From the NCBI GenBank assembly GCA_012295275.1, contig CM022679.1, forward strand, positions 28,706,001-28,770,000: 64,000 bases of DNA. The letters run 5' to 3'. Source of the DNA: Chrysomallon squamiferum. Lineage: Eukaryota; Animalia; Mollusca. The notes beneath the pieces are model-generated. The model was not told the origin of the DNA, did no database searches, and worked only from the letters and a program-made list of their open reading frames with translations. Numbering within the stretch: position 1 is the stretch's first letter; the number at the start of each line of letters is the position of its first letter. Position numbers and translations under genes: made by a program. Below are positions 31,348-45,953 of the stretch, in pieces.

Positions 31348-33801
31348 ATGGGACAATGAAAAAGAATACAAATATATACGTAGTGCACTTAATAACAACT
31401 TAATATTTGTATTATGTTAGTAGTAGTAGCAGCATTTGTATTCTTAGTACACAATTGTTGTATTATTGTCGTTATTATTATTATTGCTATTGTTATTGTT
31501 ATTGCTATTATTACTATTATTATTTTCATCATTATCGTATTATTATTATTTATTTTTTTTTTTATTATTTTTTTTTATTACATATTGAGTGTTTACATTT
31601 GTTACCAAATTACATTTATATTATAATATTTTTATTATAGGTATAGTCTATAGATTAAGACATTTTTTATCAACCTAGCTTATTTATGACAACGTTAATT
31701 ATCAGCACTGTTCCTCACAATTATCAAAACAGTTAAGACTTGCGTACATTTATTATAAACCTGTATATATGTATTATTAGCACTGTTTATACGTTCATAA
31801 TTTCGATAACAAAACATTTACAATTTAATACTTTTATTCTCAGCATAGATTAGTCTCTAATAACTTGATTATCAACATAGTTTATAATTTAAAACTTTTA
31901 TTATCAACATAGTTTATAACTTAAAGCTTTTATTATCCTCAGATTATAATTTAATTTTTTTATTATCGACACTGTTTATATTTCAGTACTTTTATTATGA
32001 ACATAATTTACACTTCAGTAATGTAGCAGAAGTAGTAGTATTGTTGTTGTTATTATTATGTTGTTGTTGTTGTTAGTAGTAGCACTGTTTATTAATATAA
32101 AGTGATAATTCTTCGATGAATTCTAACGATCAAAATTAATAATAATAAATTTATATTTTTCCTTTCATAACATTTATTTAATTTTTTATTATTATTTTAT
32201 TTTTTTATTTTTTGTTTATTTTGTATTATTATTTTATTTTTTTATTTTTTGTTTATTTATTTATTTTTTTATTTTGAAATAAACCTCAATATTTGAACAT
32301 AACTCTATTTTAGCAGAACGAATGTTCACAGCCATATTTTAGTGAAAAAATACAATATTTAGATATTTGTACAAAGATTTATTCAGACACTTATCTGACA
32401 TTTTGTTCAAGTCTCAGAATATGTCAACATGTCATACATTTCACCAATTGTGACACGACATCTTTTGGAAAACACTAGGAACTTTTATGTCATCCCAATA
32501 TGTAAAGTTACTCAAAATTATCAAATGGTATAATTATATATAAATTAATATGAGATACAATATTTAAATATTTGTTCACATCATGTACATCAAAATAAAA
32601 CTAAAATTTATTTTTAGTGTGACGAGTCAGTTTTCGTTCTACACTGAAATTATTGAAATCATAAGAAACACGGAAAAGTGTGGAAAAAATGAAATCATTA
32701 ATTAAATCATCTTCGTGCAACCTTTTCTTCTGAGCATCAGACTTTAACACTATTTCTAATCTTATCTTAGAAAATTAAAACAGAATTATCATAAATTATT
32801 CTTAATTAAAGAACATAGTAGTACTGATTGATTTTAAATTTGATTGATTGTCTTGTTTTAGCTGCAGATAAAATCTGCATTCTGCAATGACGTGTTTTCC
32901 TTGTTGAATGGATTCTAAGATAAAATGATAGATTTGTCTTTCGAAAGCTTTCGCTTAAAACTCGTTCCAGACTCCAGTTCTGAACAATATTATAATAATT
33001 TACTACAATTTTTTTTTTTTTTTTTTTCATTTCTGAGTGAAACAAAGTTGATACTTGCAACACCGTATAAATATTTCAAGATAATTCTATTTTCGATGGC
33101 TGTTTCAGTTCCTGGTTATAAACAATAGTTTGTTTCTTGAAAGAATAACAAATGAACTTTATTGATTTAACTGATTTTAGATAGTACAAAAATCAATTGC
33201 ATGTAGTACTGCTATGGTAATTTATTCAAATAATTATTAACGGATTTGGTCAATGAGAAAATGTTTCCAAACAAGTCATTCAAGCGTAGAAAACCTTTAA
33301 CACTAGAAATACAACATGTTACTGCTATGGTAATTTATTCAAATAATTTCAGCTACTTTAAGTGATTTAGATGAACTTTTTGTTTCGTTCGTTAATTCAT
33401 TAAAATGTATGATTTATACATGAAATTACGACCAGCTGATCTTGTTTTTGTTTTTTATTTTGTTTGTTTTTTGTCATGAATTATAATTATTAATTTAATA
33501 TTGAGAGAATTAGTTTTGAGATATGTTCTTCAATACCTTTGAATGTTTTATGTTAAGGACAGAATAAATTCAGTGTCGAGTTTCAGTTTAACCTCTCAAG
33601 ACAATACTTCAAACTGAACGATTATTTTCCCAGACAAATCAGCGACAAGGGATTTGTTGTTTCTAATCAATAATACGATGTTTTCAAACTGGTCTTTCAA
33701 GTGTAGAAAACCTTTAACACTAGCAATACAATTTGTTACAGGTTGCTCAGTTTGGACTGTACAGAGATCTGAACAAGACGTAATTATAGTGTTCTTCTAC
33801 A

Positions 33802-35511
33802 ATGTACAAATACTTCATTTTTTTCTTAGCGACCCTTCTCATAATTAGTTCTGAAGGTAAGATTTTTTTTTTTTTTTTTTGTATCCCTCTAAATTCGACT
33901 GAATTTTCTGTTTCTTTTCTTTCTTCCTTTTGGATTTTCTTTCCTTCGTTTCTTGTTGTCTCTGTCATTTCCTGTTAATTCTTTTTTACGTTTTAAATCC
34001 TCAGTCAACTTACATTTATATTATCATGCCTGATATTTTATATATTGAGAAGGTGTAAAATATCATAAACATTATTAATATTTCTAACAGTTATAATTAA
34101 AGTGAATGAATACTGAAAAGTTTTAACTTTCAGACGAAACGACTACAAATATCGCTCTCAAGAAACCAGTAATCTCGAGTTCTTTTATGAACAGTCCGTT
34201 TGCTGTTCCGGAACATGCAGTAGATGGTAATTTGGGGACAATTTATGGGAGAAACGGTTGTTTTATTTCCAAAATCAAAGACGAGAACCCTTGGTGGCTC
34301 GTAGATTTAAAAGAATCTTACATTATCCACACAGTGGCTTTGACCAACAGAGATCGTCTGCGTAAGTCTTTTTATATCTAATATTGACAAAAAATGATGA
34401 AACAGCATCGCATTCTTTTGATATTCTTCATCGTTATCACTTTTAATATAATTTTCATTATCATTATTTTTCCAGTTTTATTTCTTGGATTCATTTATTA
34501 TTATTATTGCTGTTATGGTTATTGCTGCTGTTGCTATCATTATTAATATTATTATTATAGTTGTTGTTACTGTTACAAATGGTTGTCAGTTATTTCTTTA
34601 ACACATTTACATAGAGTTTACTTTAAACTGTTAGCCGTTCTTAAAATGTAAATATTTCTATTTGTTCTGAAACTATTTATTTATTTATTTCTCTGTCTGT
34701 CTATCTAACTATTTAACTATATATCTGTCCATCTGTCTATCTATCTATGAATCTCTCTATCTGTCTAGCTATGTATTCATAATTTGTATATTGATTTTTT
34801 TTACAGCTGAGCGTCTTCATTATTTTGTCATTGAAATATCTGAGAAGAACCCATATAAATGTTTATCAGAAAAACTTACTGTGTGTTACAAGAACACTGG
34901 ATCGGCGCTAAATATATCAGAAACCAGGAACATCACTTGTGACAGACCAGCTCGAGGTCGATTTGTAAAAATTAGAAATTGGAAACCAGTTGCTTCTTTG
35001 ACATTGTGCGAGGTTCAGATTTTTGGCGAACGAGTCAACGGTTAGAAGTTAATTACATTATTATAAACTTTATTCTTAATAACTTGTCTATATATTTTTA
35101 TCATATTAATTTGCTGTACAAAATAATAACATTCTGTATCTCTATTTATATATCTGTCTACCAATTTATCTGTCTATATATCTATCAACCTATGTATGTA
35201 GATATACATCTCTCACTCTCTCTTTTTTATAATGTGACAACATTAAAATCATTTATTTCTAACTTATTTCAGTTTGTGAAAATCCACGTCGGTTTCCCAG
35301 GGTCAAACAGACACGACTGATTTCTAATAATTCTGAAATATCGAACACGCCCATCGTGAAATGTCCTTTGATGTGTATCAAGAATGTGAAATGTCTGGCT
35401 TTCAACTTCAACACTCAAACTGAACAGTGTGAACTCATCTTTCATCCACGGTTTGCCTTGAACATCCAGAAAGATTCTCAGTGGGATTATTACGGAATTG
35501 ACTTGTGCTAA
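33802..35511 (+). CDS. Gene F: secreted F-type lectin + PAN/apple protein, 251 aa, recent duplicate of E; exons 33802-33856, 34134-34361, 34807-35040, 35273-35511
   Basis: Open spliced frame, GT-AG; exons and introns are highly similar to gene E. Confidence 0.9.
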
Positions 35512-35569
35512 ATGGGACAATGAGAAAGAAATACAAATATTTTCGTGAATGCATATACGTAGCGCACAG

Positions 35570-35694
35570 AATAACAAATTAATATTTTCTATTTAATAAC
35601 AAATTAATAGTTTCTATTTAATAACAAATTAATAGTTTCTATTTAATAACAAATTAATATTTTCTATTTAATAACAAATTAATATTTTCTACTT
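35570..35694. repeat. 25-bp minisatellite (5 copies) downstream of the gene F stop
   Basis: Same unit as 25318-25517. Confidence 0.9.
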
Positions 35695-36493
35695 TTACGG
35701 ACATTGTATCATCAAATAACGGAGATAAGATTAGAGATAAAGATGGAACGATGTTACATTTATAGTAAAGAAAGTTAACATGACCAACACTTAAACGATC
35801 CACAAACTGAAATTCTGAATGTTTTAAAAGATAACATAGCTAATATTAACGACAAACAACAGATCGCTTGAAGACTTTTAAGTGACTTCCTGCAAGGGTG
35901 AACGATTCGATGTATTATAGTTTAACTACAAACATTATAAATACATGTATAAAAAGCAAGCATGCATACATACATATATACATACATACATACATACATA
36001 CATAACTATTAATGTACGTACATGTATACATACATACATACATACATACATACATACACACATACACACACACACACACACATACATACATACATAACTA
36101 TTAATGTACGTACATTAATATACATATTCACTTATTTACGTACATAAGTATACATTAGTATATACGTAACTACAGGAATACATACAGACGTATAAATATT
36201 TATAAATATAAGCAGTGACAGTGCAAACATTATCACAAAAGATATTATATTTAAGCAGATGTGTATTACGAGTTAGTTTTTTCTTTTCTCTCTTTTTAGC
36301 CATTTCCATTTACTCTGAATATTAATATTAATTCTGTGTGTTTGACTGTACACCTATTTGTTTCTATTATCTAAACTATCAGTTTATTGTTATTGCTGTT
36401 TCAGCTTTCGTGATTATTATTTTAGTAGGAGTAGTAGGCGCATTAGTATTATTAGTATTTGCTACAATTTATATTATACTATTATTATTATTT

Positions 36494-36562
<69 letters not shown>

Positions 36563-37498
36563 CATCAGCAGCAGCAGCATTATTATATATTTTTTTTTAA
36601 ATTCGATATTAATTTAATAATTTTTTATTTTATTTCTTTTTAAATTTCTTTTTTTATTTATTTATTTATTTATTTATTGTATACATTATTATGCGTTTGT
36701 TCCCAACTTACATTTATATTACAATATTTTCATTATCAGCATAATCTAAGCTTCAATACATTGATTGTTTGTTTCTTTGTCGCTGTTTTTGTGTGGTTCT
36801 TATTATTATTACATATGAAAAATTTACATTCTTACGCCTTGGATATCAACGTACTTTATATCTCAATTTGAATATTAATATTTAAGTATATTTATCATCC
36901 ACTTATTCATAAATTGAAATTATCAGTATAGCTTTCATTTCAGTACCTTTATTACTACGTTGTTTATAGTTTTATCCTTAGTCCGTATTTTAATATAGTC
37001 ACTATCATTATAGTCTCCACTTCAGTACGTTTATTATCAACACATTTTATATTTCAGTCCTTTATTATCAACCCCTTTTTATATTTCAGTACATTTATTG
37101 TTAGCACATTTTATATTTCAGTGCATTTAATATCAACATAATTTATATTTTATTACATTTATTATCAACACTGTTTATATTTCAGTGTATTTATTGTAAA
37201 CAAAGTCTTAAGTTCAGTACGTTTATTAACATAATTTATACTTCAGTACTTTTATTACTGGCATAGTTTATAATTTAAAACATTTAGAATCATAACAGTA
37301 TCAAATTTTATATTTTCTTGAATAATTTTAGTAAATTCGTGTCCTTCTGTATTCATTACACTGTGTTCATTTTTGAATTAATGAAAATAAAGATTTTATC
37401 TATTTCGTTTTCTATTTTATTTCCTCCATTCGTTATTGACATCATTGTCGTCTTCACAGTCAGGAAACTATAACCAGATAATACTATAATCAGTACTC

Positions 37499-37541
<43 letters not shown>

Positions 37542-38061
37542 CATCATCATCATCATCAAACTATAATAAGCATTATGTTTTTCTCAGATTACTGCACATT
37601 CTGTTTTATTATGTTTGTTTATACTCTTCTTCTTTTTCTTTTTCTTCTTTTTTTTCTTCTTCTTCTTCTTCTTCTACAATATTTTGCTGTTGTTATGGTT
37701 ATTGCTATTGATTTTATTGTGTTGTTCTTCGTAGCAGTAGAACTGTTTATTAATATAAAGTGATAATTGTTGCATTAATTTTAACGTTGAAAATTAATAA
37801 TCATAAAATTATCTTTTTTCGTTTCAAACAGGTGGAGAAATTGCAACAACATGTCAATATTTTAACATATTTCTATGTTAGCTGGCTGGTGTTTCAGCTG
37901 CTGTTTCAAAACATTGGTGGGTTTGTTAAAGAAAAAAGATTTATACGTTTTATTTATTTAATGGATTTGCCAAAGACAGTTATTTATTTATTTAATTATT
38001 CATTCATTCATTTATTTATATCCGAATTTATTTATCTAATTTTTTTCTGTATTTTAATCAT

Positions 38062-38096
<35 letters not shown>

Positions 38097-38852
38097 TATT
38101 AAAAACTTAATATACTTTCTCGCATAACTGTAGTAAAAAGTCAGTAATAAAAATCACATAATTCGCCTAATTTAGATTCTTGTAAAAATCATAATATAGA
38201 GATAATTAACTACACGACAGGTCATTAGAAGCAGAAGACAATATAGGTCTGTCTCATTTGATATACTCATTTGTAACACCTTTTTATTAACAAAAAAACC
38301 AAGGATATCTTGAGATAATAATAATAGTTCACTACACGAATGTATACACTGTTGATAAGGTATATCAGCATATCAACGTCTCTTCATTCATTGTTATTTG
38401 TGCTGAAACAAATGATCAGACCTGTTGTTTCATCTCTTAATTTGACATTCCCTGGACGTTTCTATGAATTGTTTATAATCAAATGACGCATTATCTGTAA
38501 TTGTTGTACAGAATTTGTATCTGCCAGAGGAAAATCAATTTCTAACTGCCAGCATCATGTTCTTAAATTATTATCAAATATTTTAAATAATTAATAGATG
38601 ATGCATTTCCAGTGAACAAAAATGAAAAGGATATTTCAAAAATTAATTTCTAATTCTCAGGATGACGTTATATATATCTATGAAATTTTTGAATGCAGAT
38701 TTCAATAAGCTAATCATGTGGGACCTACTATGGTGTAATCCTAGCCCATTGACTGTTACTGTTGATATAAACAAACAGCTGAACTGCAGTAATATAATTT
38801 TATATAAGTTTAGTTTGTGTCTGGACACGAGTGAAAACACAAATCTTCCACC

Positions 38853-38919
38853 ATGAGGAAATATTTCTTCATTCTTATAGCAATGACTTACGTTTGCAAT
38901 TCGGAAGGTATGTATGTGG

Positions 38920-38998
<79 letters not shown>

Positions 38999-40789
38999 CA
39001 CACATATTTTCTATTTAAATATTGATGTAAAAGAAAAAAATTGAAATATTCTTATCTGAATTAGCCTGAGCCTAACCCTAACAACAAGAACAAATTAAAT
39101 CGAGAAAAGCTTTATCTTTAAAAACAAACCTGAACAATTAGTTTTAGTATAAAAACAAATTTTATTATTTTTTATAAAACATTTAATCATAATTTTCTTC
39201 TTTGATATATATATATATTCATATATTCATAAGAAATGATGGTTACATTAATCATAAAATATATGGCAACATATACAGCTGTTCATGTATATCCTTATAC
39301 TTACAAGACCATCTAGAAGGAAAACTGTCCGCACAAATCGTTGTTCGTGTCTACTAACAACATCGCTTACTGTTGATAATTGTTTTGTTTTTTCTGTACA
39401 TCTTTCAGACAACATCGCTCTCAATAAACCTGCACTCATTAGCTCAGAACTCGTTAACGATTGGAGGGCAAGGGCGAAGCATGCAGTGGATGGCAACACT
39501 GGATCTAACTTCAATAAAGATTTTTGCTCACATACCAACGGATATGACAACAAGCTTTGGTGGATGGTAGATTTGGAAAATACCTACAATGTGCACACAG
39601 TTGATTTGACCAACAGAAATGAACTTCGTAAGTTTCTATAACATCCGTTTTACACTACTCGGAAAATGTAGAACTGCAAACATTAAAAATCAGTCTCTGA
39701 GCAAAGGCAACAATTACTACACTGCTCTCAGCATCAACATACATGCATGCATGCATGCTTATAGACTCATACATATACGGATACATACATACATACATAC
39801 ATACATATACACTCACATACAGATATACTTACCTAAATATATACATTCTCTATCATCTATTTCTCTACAAACACACACACACACACCAGCACATGTGTAT
39901 ATTTTATCATCCAGGATATCTCTGAAGTAAAGGATCAAAATGTATGATTAGCTCATTAACGTACATTTTTCTGTTCTGTTTGATAAAAGAAGAAAGCAGA
40001 TCTTCTTTGATTTATTTCTGCATTTACGAATTAAACATACATCAACCAAACAATTCATCATCCCATAATGTTTTCTAATTTCGGTTTCTTTCATTGCAGC
40101 TCAACGACTTGTCCATTTTGTTATTGAAGTCTTTGTGAAGAATCCTAAAAACTGTGCCGAAGCCAAAGTCACTGTGTGTTATAATCATACTGGAGCGGCG
40201 CTAGGAGCTTCTGAGACGAGAAGCTTCGCTTGTGAGAAACCAACAACAGGTCGATTTGTCAGAATCAGAAAGTGGAAGCAAGATTATATTCTCACTTTGT
40301 GTGAAGTTCAGGTTTTCGGCCAGCGAAAAATTGGTAAACTTTATAATAAACGTAATGGTAAAAAATTATGTTAATAATGTCGTAGCTGTATCTTATTAAA
40401 TGCGTTATCGATATGCTATTTTATTAATGTAATTTAGATTTTATGGCGACAAAATAATATGTTTCTTTTCTTAGCCTCTGTAAAATATCGTACGTTGATA
40501 ATAAACACTGAAATGTTTGTCGTTAAACTGATATTTCTCATCTGTTTTAGGTTGTGAAAATCCAGTTCATTTCAATCGACTTAGACAAACACGACTAAAA
40601 TCAGATAACCCTCTGATACTGACCACACCCCTGATGAACTGTGCTATTGAGTGTGTGAAAAATGGCGCCTGTCTGGCTTTCAACTTCAACACTGAAATTC
40701 AGCAGTGTGAACTCATCTTTCATCCTCAGTTTGGCGAGACAACTGAGAAGAATTCCGTGTGGGACTACTACGGATCAGATTTGTGTTAA
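38853..40789 (+). CDS. Gene G: secreted F-type lectin + PAN/apple protein, ~248 aa; exons 38853-38907, 39409-39627, 40100-40333, 40551-40789
   Basis: Open spliced frame (55+219+234+239 nt). MRKYFFILIAMTYVCNSE; NIALNKPA, HAVDGN, FCSHT, WWMVDL, NRNELPQRL, GRFVRI, LTLCEVQVFG; PAN CAIECVKNGACLAFNFN..YYGSDLC*. Confidence 0.88.
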
Positions 40790-42131
40790 AACAGACGATC
40801 ACCAAAAATTATTTGTTACGTAAAATCTCTAACGTGTAAACAACAACAAACAGATACTGTTAACTAATATCACTAGAAACTATATAATATGTGTCATTGT
40901 TTACGTACAAAGCTTTCGGTTTCATGTTCGATCGAAGGCACCACTGTGATCTATAGATATACATTATATACTGTATAAACGAGTCAGATCTTTTGGAGTG
41001 AACAGTCAAGGGAATGTAAATAATTAAGTATACAGTTAAATTAACAAATGTCTTAGAGACGTTTACAAAACAGATCTATTCCTTTGACGCAGAAATATAT
41101 ATGCTGTTTTGCTTCACTTCATCTCTGTCGACATGATTGTGAATGACTACTAAAGAATAAGTATGAGATAAAATAAACAGCTTGAATAATTGCAAAGAAA
41201 AAATCAGTAAAAGATATATATCAGTAAAAGATCCGAAAAAGGAGAACATTCTACCATTTGTGTGTGATTATTATTTAAAAACGAGTCGGATTGTGTCGAC
41301 TGAAGTATCTAAAGACATTTACACTACAAACGTATTTTTGTTTTGCTTCACTTCACCTCTGACGATATAATTGTGAATGAATACTCGATAATAAGTATGA
41401 GAAATAAAAATTAAAAAAATGTTATGACTTTTTATTGATACAGGGTTTTAAATAAGAAAGAAACCAATTTGAATAATTGCAAAGAAACAATCAATGTATC
41501 AGTAAGAGAACATGTCAATAAATGTAAATAAACACACACATATACACACACAACACACACATATACACACACAACACACATAAACATGATATAAATATGC
41601 ATGTATCTATCAATATAATATATATATATATATATGTATGTATACATTTTACTTTGTTTTTGTATTTATTTTTTATATTTTATTTTGTTTTATTTATTTT
41701 TTGACATTTCCTCATTCTGGTTAACTACTTTTAGAAAAAAAAGATACACTGCTCGGTCACCTGTCACTTGAGATATACGTGCATAAGAAAAGTACCAAAA
41801 CAGGAAGCTGTCTTCATTTGACAACATAAATTAAAAACAGTGGACTTTTCGACAAAATTGTGCTCAGAAATAACATCAGAATCATCAAGCCTACCATTTC
41901 ATTTACATTTACGTTGTCTAAATGCTAAATGATACTATTTATTTTTAGTCTACACGATTTCCAAGGGTTATCATCCTCTTTTCCCGACACAAGTATGTCC
42001 AGAAATTAGTTCCAGTTTTTCCATCAACTGTACATTTGTTGAATGTTGAATTAAGATAATCACAATTATTTGTAAGATTTCAGCATGTAAAGATATTGTC
42101 CTTTATAAACAAAACAGTGTACATTATACAA

Positions 42132-42862
42132 GTAAAATGTAATTTGTGTAGTCACTTTATGAACAACATGCGATACTATTTACAACTGAAATGTAATTTG
42201 TACAGACCCTGCATAAACATCTCTGTGAACGTTTTACAAGTAAAATGTAATTTGTACAGTGACTGTCTAAACAATACGATGTGTGTTATACGAGTAAAAT
42301 GTAATTTGTACAGTGACTGTCTAAACAATACGATGTGTGTTATACAAGTAAAATGTAATTTGTACAGTGACTGTCTAAACAATACGATGTGTGTTATACA
42401 AGTAAAATGTAATTTGTACAGTCACTGTCTAAACAATACGATGTGTGTTATACAAGTAAAATGTAATTTGTACAGTGACTGTCTAAACAATACGATGTGT
42501 GTTATACGAGTAAAATGTAATTTGTACAGTGACTGTCTAAACAATACGATGTGTGTTATACGATGTGTGTTATACGAGTAAAATGTAATTTGTACAGTGA
42601 CTGTCTAAACAATACGATGTGTGTTATACGAGTAAAATGTAATTTGTACAGTGACTGTCTAAACAATACGATGTGTGTTATACGAGTAAAATGTAATTTG
42701 TACAGTGACTGTCTAAACAATACGATGTGTGTTATACGAGTAAAATGTAATTTGTACAGTCACTGTCTAAACAATACGATGTGTGTTATACGAGTAAAAT
42801 GTAATTTGTACAGTGACTGTCTAAACAATACGATGTGTGTTATACGAGTAAAATGTAATTTG
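42132..42862. repeat. 54-bp minisatellite: about 11 near-perfect copies plus degenerate 5' units
   Basis: Unit gtaaaatgtaatttgtacagtgactgtctaaacaatacgatgtgtgttatacga; starts at 42240 and 42294. Confidence 0.93.
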
Positions 42863-43966
42863 CTTGCAGAGAAGCGGGTAAGCAACGCGGTGTACATTTT
42901 ACAAGTGAAATACTAAAATTCGATTTTAATTTAATTTTTTATAATTTCATTTTATTGTTGTTGTTGTTTTTTAATTTAATTAAGGTTTTTTTATTTTTAT
43001 ATTTTATTTATTTTATTTTATTTTATTTTTTTTTTTTTTTTTTTTTTTTTTTCTTACCGAATGTTTACATTATTATACATTTGTTACCAACTTACATTTA
43101 TTTTACAATAAAACAGTTTTTAATACTTTCATTATCAACATAGTTTATAATGTCAATACATTTGTTACGAACATACCTTATATTTTTAACATTTATTATC
43201 AACACAACACATCACAATTATAAAAACAGTTATAATTTCCGTACATTTATTATAAACCTGTATACATTTTTTATTAACACAGTTTATAGTTTAATAGTTT
43301 TAACATCAAAACAGTTTATAATTTAATACTTTTATTCTCAACATAGATTATAATTTCATACTTTTATTATCAACAGTTAATAATTTTATTATCAACAGTT
43401 TCTATTTCAGTACATTTATTACCAACACATTTTCTATTTCATTACATTTAATATCAACATATTATTTTATTTTTCAGTATATTTATTACCAGTACTTTTT
43501 CATATTTCAGTATATTTGTTATAAACAGTTTACATTTCAATACTTTTATTATGAACATAATTTACACTTCAGTATTTTATTTTTGGCTTAGTTTATAATT
43601 TAAAACATTTAGAATGATAACAGTATCAAATTTACTACTTTCTCGAAGAATTTACGTGTGTCATTCTGTATTCCTCACAGGCTATTTGTTTCTATATTAA
43701 TATAATAAAGATTTGTTTATTTAGCTTTTATTTTATTTCATCCATTCGTTATTGACGTCGTTGTCGTCTTCACCTTCAAGAAACAACAGCCTTCCAATAC
43801 TATTATCATTATTGTTATTATTATTATCATTATCATCATCATCGTCATAATCATCAAACTATTATAAGTATCACCTTTTCTATGCCAATTCTAGTATTTA
43901 TTATATTTATTTATACTCTTCTTTTTCCTTTCTTTCTTTCTTCTTCTTCTTCTTCTTCTTCTTCTT

Positions 43967-44026
<60 letters not shown>

Positions 44027-44600
44027 GTGTTATTTTTCTTGTTCTTGGCAGTAGTACTGCTTATTAATATAAAGTGATAATTCTTGCATGATTTCTAACG
44101 TCAAAAATTATTAATCATAAAATTATCTGTTTTTACTTTCAACACATTTTTTGGAGAGAAACAAATGAAGATATTCAGATATTTGTACAAAGATTTATTC
44201 AGCCACTTATCTGCCATTTTGTTCTCCTTTCAGAATATGTATACATGTCATATATTTTGAATTTTTTCTTTGCTTCAGATTTTCAAGATTTTAGATAATA
44301 ATTTTTCTTTCTGTAGTTTAGTTTTTTTTTATCTTAACGTCAACATGAATTCATTGCAGAGTTTTAGTTTTACTTCTGCAAAGAACACTTGAAACTTAGC
44401 AGTTATTTTCGGAGAGAATGCATCGTATTCTTTCAAATCAGTGACAAGGGATTCGTTTTTACTAATCAATGAGAAGATGTTTTCAAACAAGTCTTTCAAG
44501 TGTAGAAAACTTTTACGACTAGAAATAAAATATGTTATAGGTTGTTCAGTTTGGAGTATACAGAGATCTGAACAAGACGTAATTATAGTATTCTATCACA

Positions 44601-44655
44601 ATGTACAAATACTTCTTCTTTTTCTTAGCGATTTTTTTTATCACTAGTTCTGAAA
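44601..44655 (+). other. Orphan intact signal-peptide exon 1 with its own upstream element (44440-44600)
   Basis: MYKYFFFFLAIFFITSSE|gtaag, 55 nt, phase 1. The next downstream exon 2 belongs to gene H. Confidence 0.8.
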
Positions 44656-45158
44656 GTAAGTATTTGCTATACGTTTTAATTTTTATTTTTGTTTAATGTA
44701 TTTATTTTTACACACACACACACACACATACAGATATATATATATTTTGTATTACTTTTTGTTTATTCTTTTCATCAGAGCATATTCTGATAATTATATA
44801 TAGGTAGAAAATAATAAACCATTCAAGAATATATTTATAATCGATAGTTTTGTAATAATACAAACAGTCCGTCGACATATTGTTGTTCATGTATTTAGTG
44901 TTATTAATGAATAAGGACACTCTTCAAATAGCTGTTTCGTTGGTAGAAAACCGTTATGACCAACAGTAAAACTGTTACAAGTTGTCCACTTAATACAAAC
45001 AGTCCTCAGAGATCAGCCTTACATGTTATTAATTAATGGGAAACTTTATCCAGACAACTCTCGCAAATGTAGTGTTTCGCTAAGACTGCAAACAGAACAG
45101 TGCTAAAGATTGCTTAGTTTGGAGCACTCACAGACCTAAAACAAGACGTAAACATGCG

Positions 45159-45855
45159 ATGTGGAAATACTTCGGGTTTTTTATACCTTCGACGACGTAT
45201 ATGTCCAATTCTGAAAGTAAGCCTACAACATTTTAGATACGGATTTTAAAGCTCGTTTTCTTTTGTTTTTCAGATGATTGCTCTATTAACATCGCTCTCA
45301 ATAAACCCGCAATCATGAGTCCTTACTTCAAGCATGAAAAAGCAGCAGCCAAACATGCAGTTGATGGCAACTGTGGATCTATCTTCAAAACAGACGGATG
45401 TGCAATAACGTATCTCTATGACTACTGGCCGTGGTGGATGGTAGACTTAGAAGACATGTATACTGTCCACACGTTCACTTTAACTAACAGAGATATCTTT
45501 AACAATTAAATAACAACATACTTACTAATAGTGATCTCATGAGATGTCAGTATGTAAGATAAATACAAAGTAATAAATGAATATATAAGAAATTAGAAAT
45601 AAAAAGGCAAGATATTCTTCTGTCAGTCTCTGAATTATTTTCCATTTCATTTTTTTTTAGCTCTCTTTCTTCAAATGACATAACTAGAGTGATATTTTCT
45701 GTATTGCTGTCTGTATGAAAGATTTAAAGTTACTTTATAAGTAATAAATGTTTCTGTTAAAAATCTATGAATTATACACAGATTAATAAAAACAAAAAAG
45801 GTTTTAAAAGTAAGTACCCAGTAAATATTCTACGTTCTTCTTCTTCTTCTTCTTC

Positions 45856-45953
<98 letters not shown>

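Noticed and set aside
41182-41370. 62-aa ORF repeated at 63749-63937
   Set aside because: The identity reflects the recently duplicated G/K 3' flank. It has a TTG start and no recognisable domain.
42096-42916. Cys-rich repeat ORFs (VKCNLYSDCLNNTMCVIR)n
   Set aside because: A by-product of a 54-bp (18-codon) minisatellite. A short internal duplication near 42550 breaks the frame, and there is no signal peptide or splice support.
44441-44647. Recurrent 64-70 aa ORF family (..SEQDVIIVFFYNVQIL..) at 12819, 29406, 33654, 44441 and 50343
   Set aside because: An alternate frame of the conserved promoter and exon-1 block. Starts are inconsistent (several non-ATG) and other copies contain stops or indels. 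A uORF role is not excluded but is unsupported.
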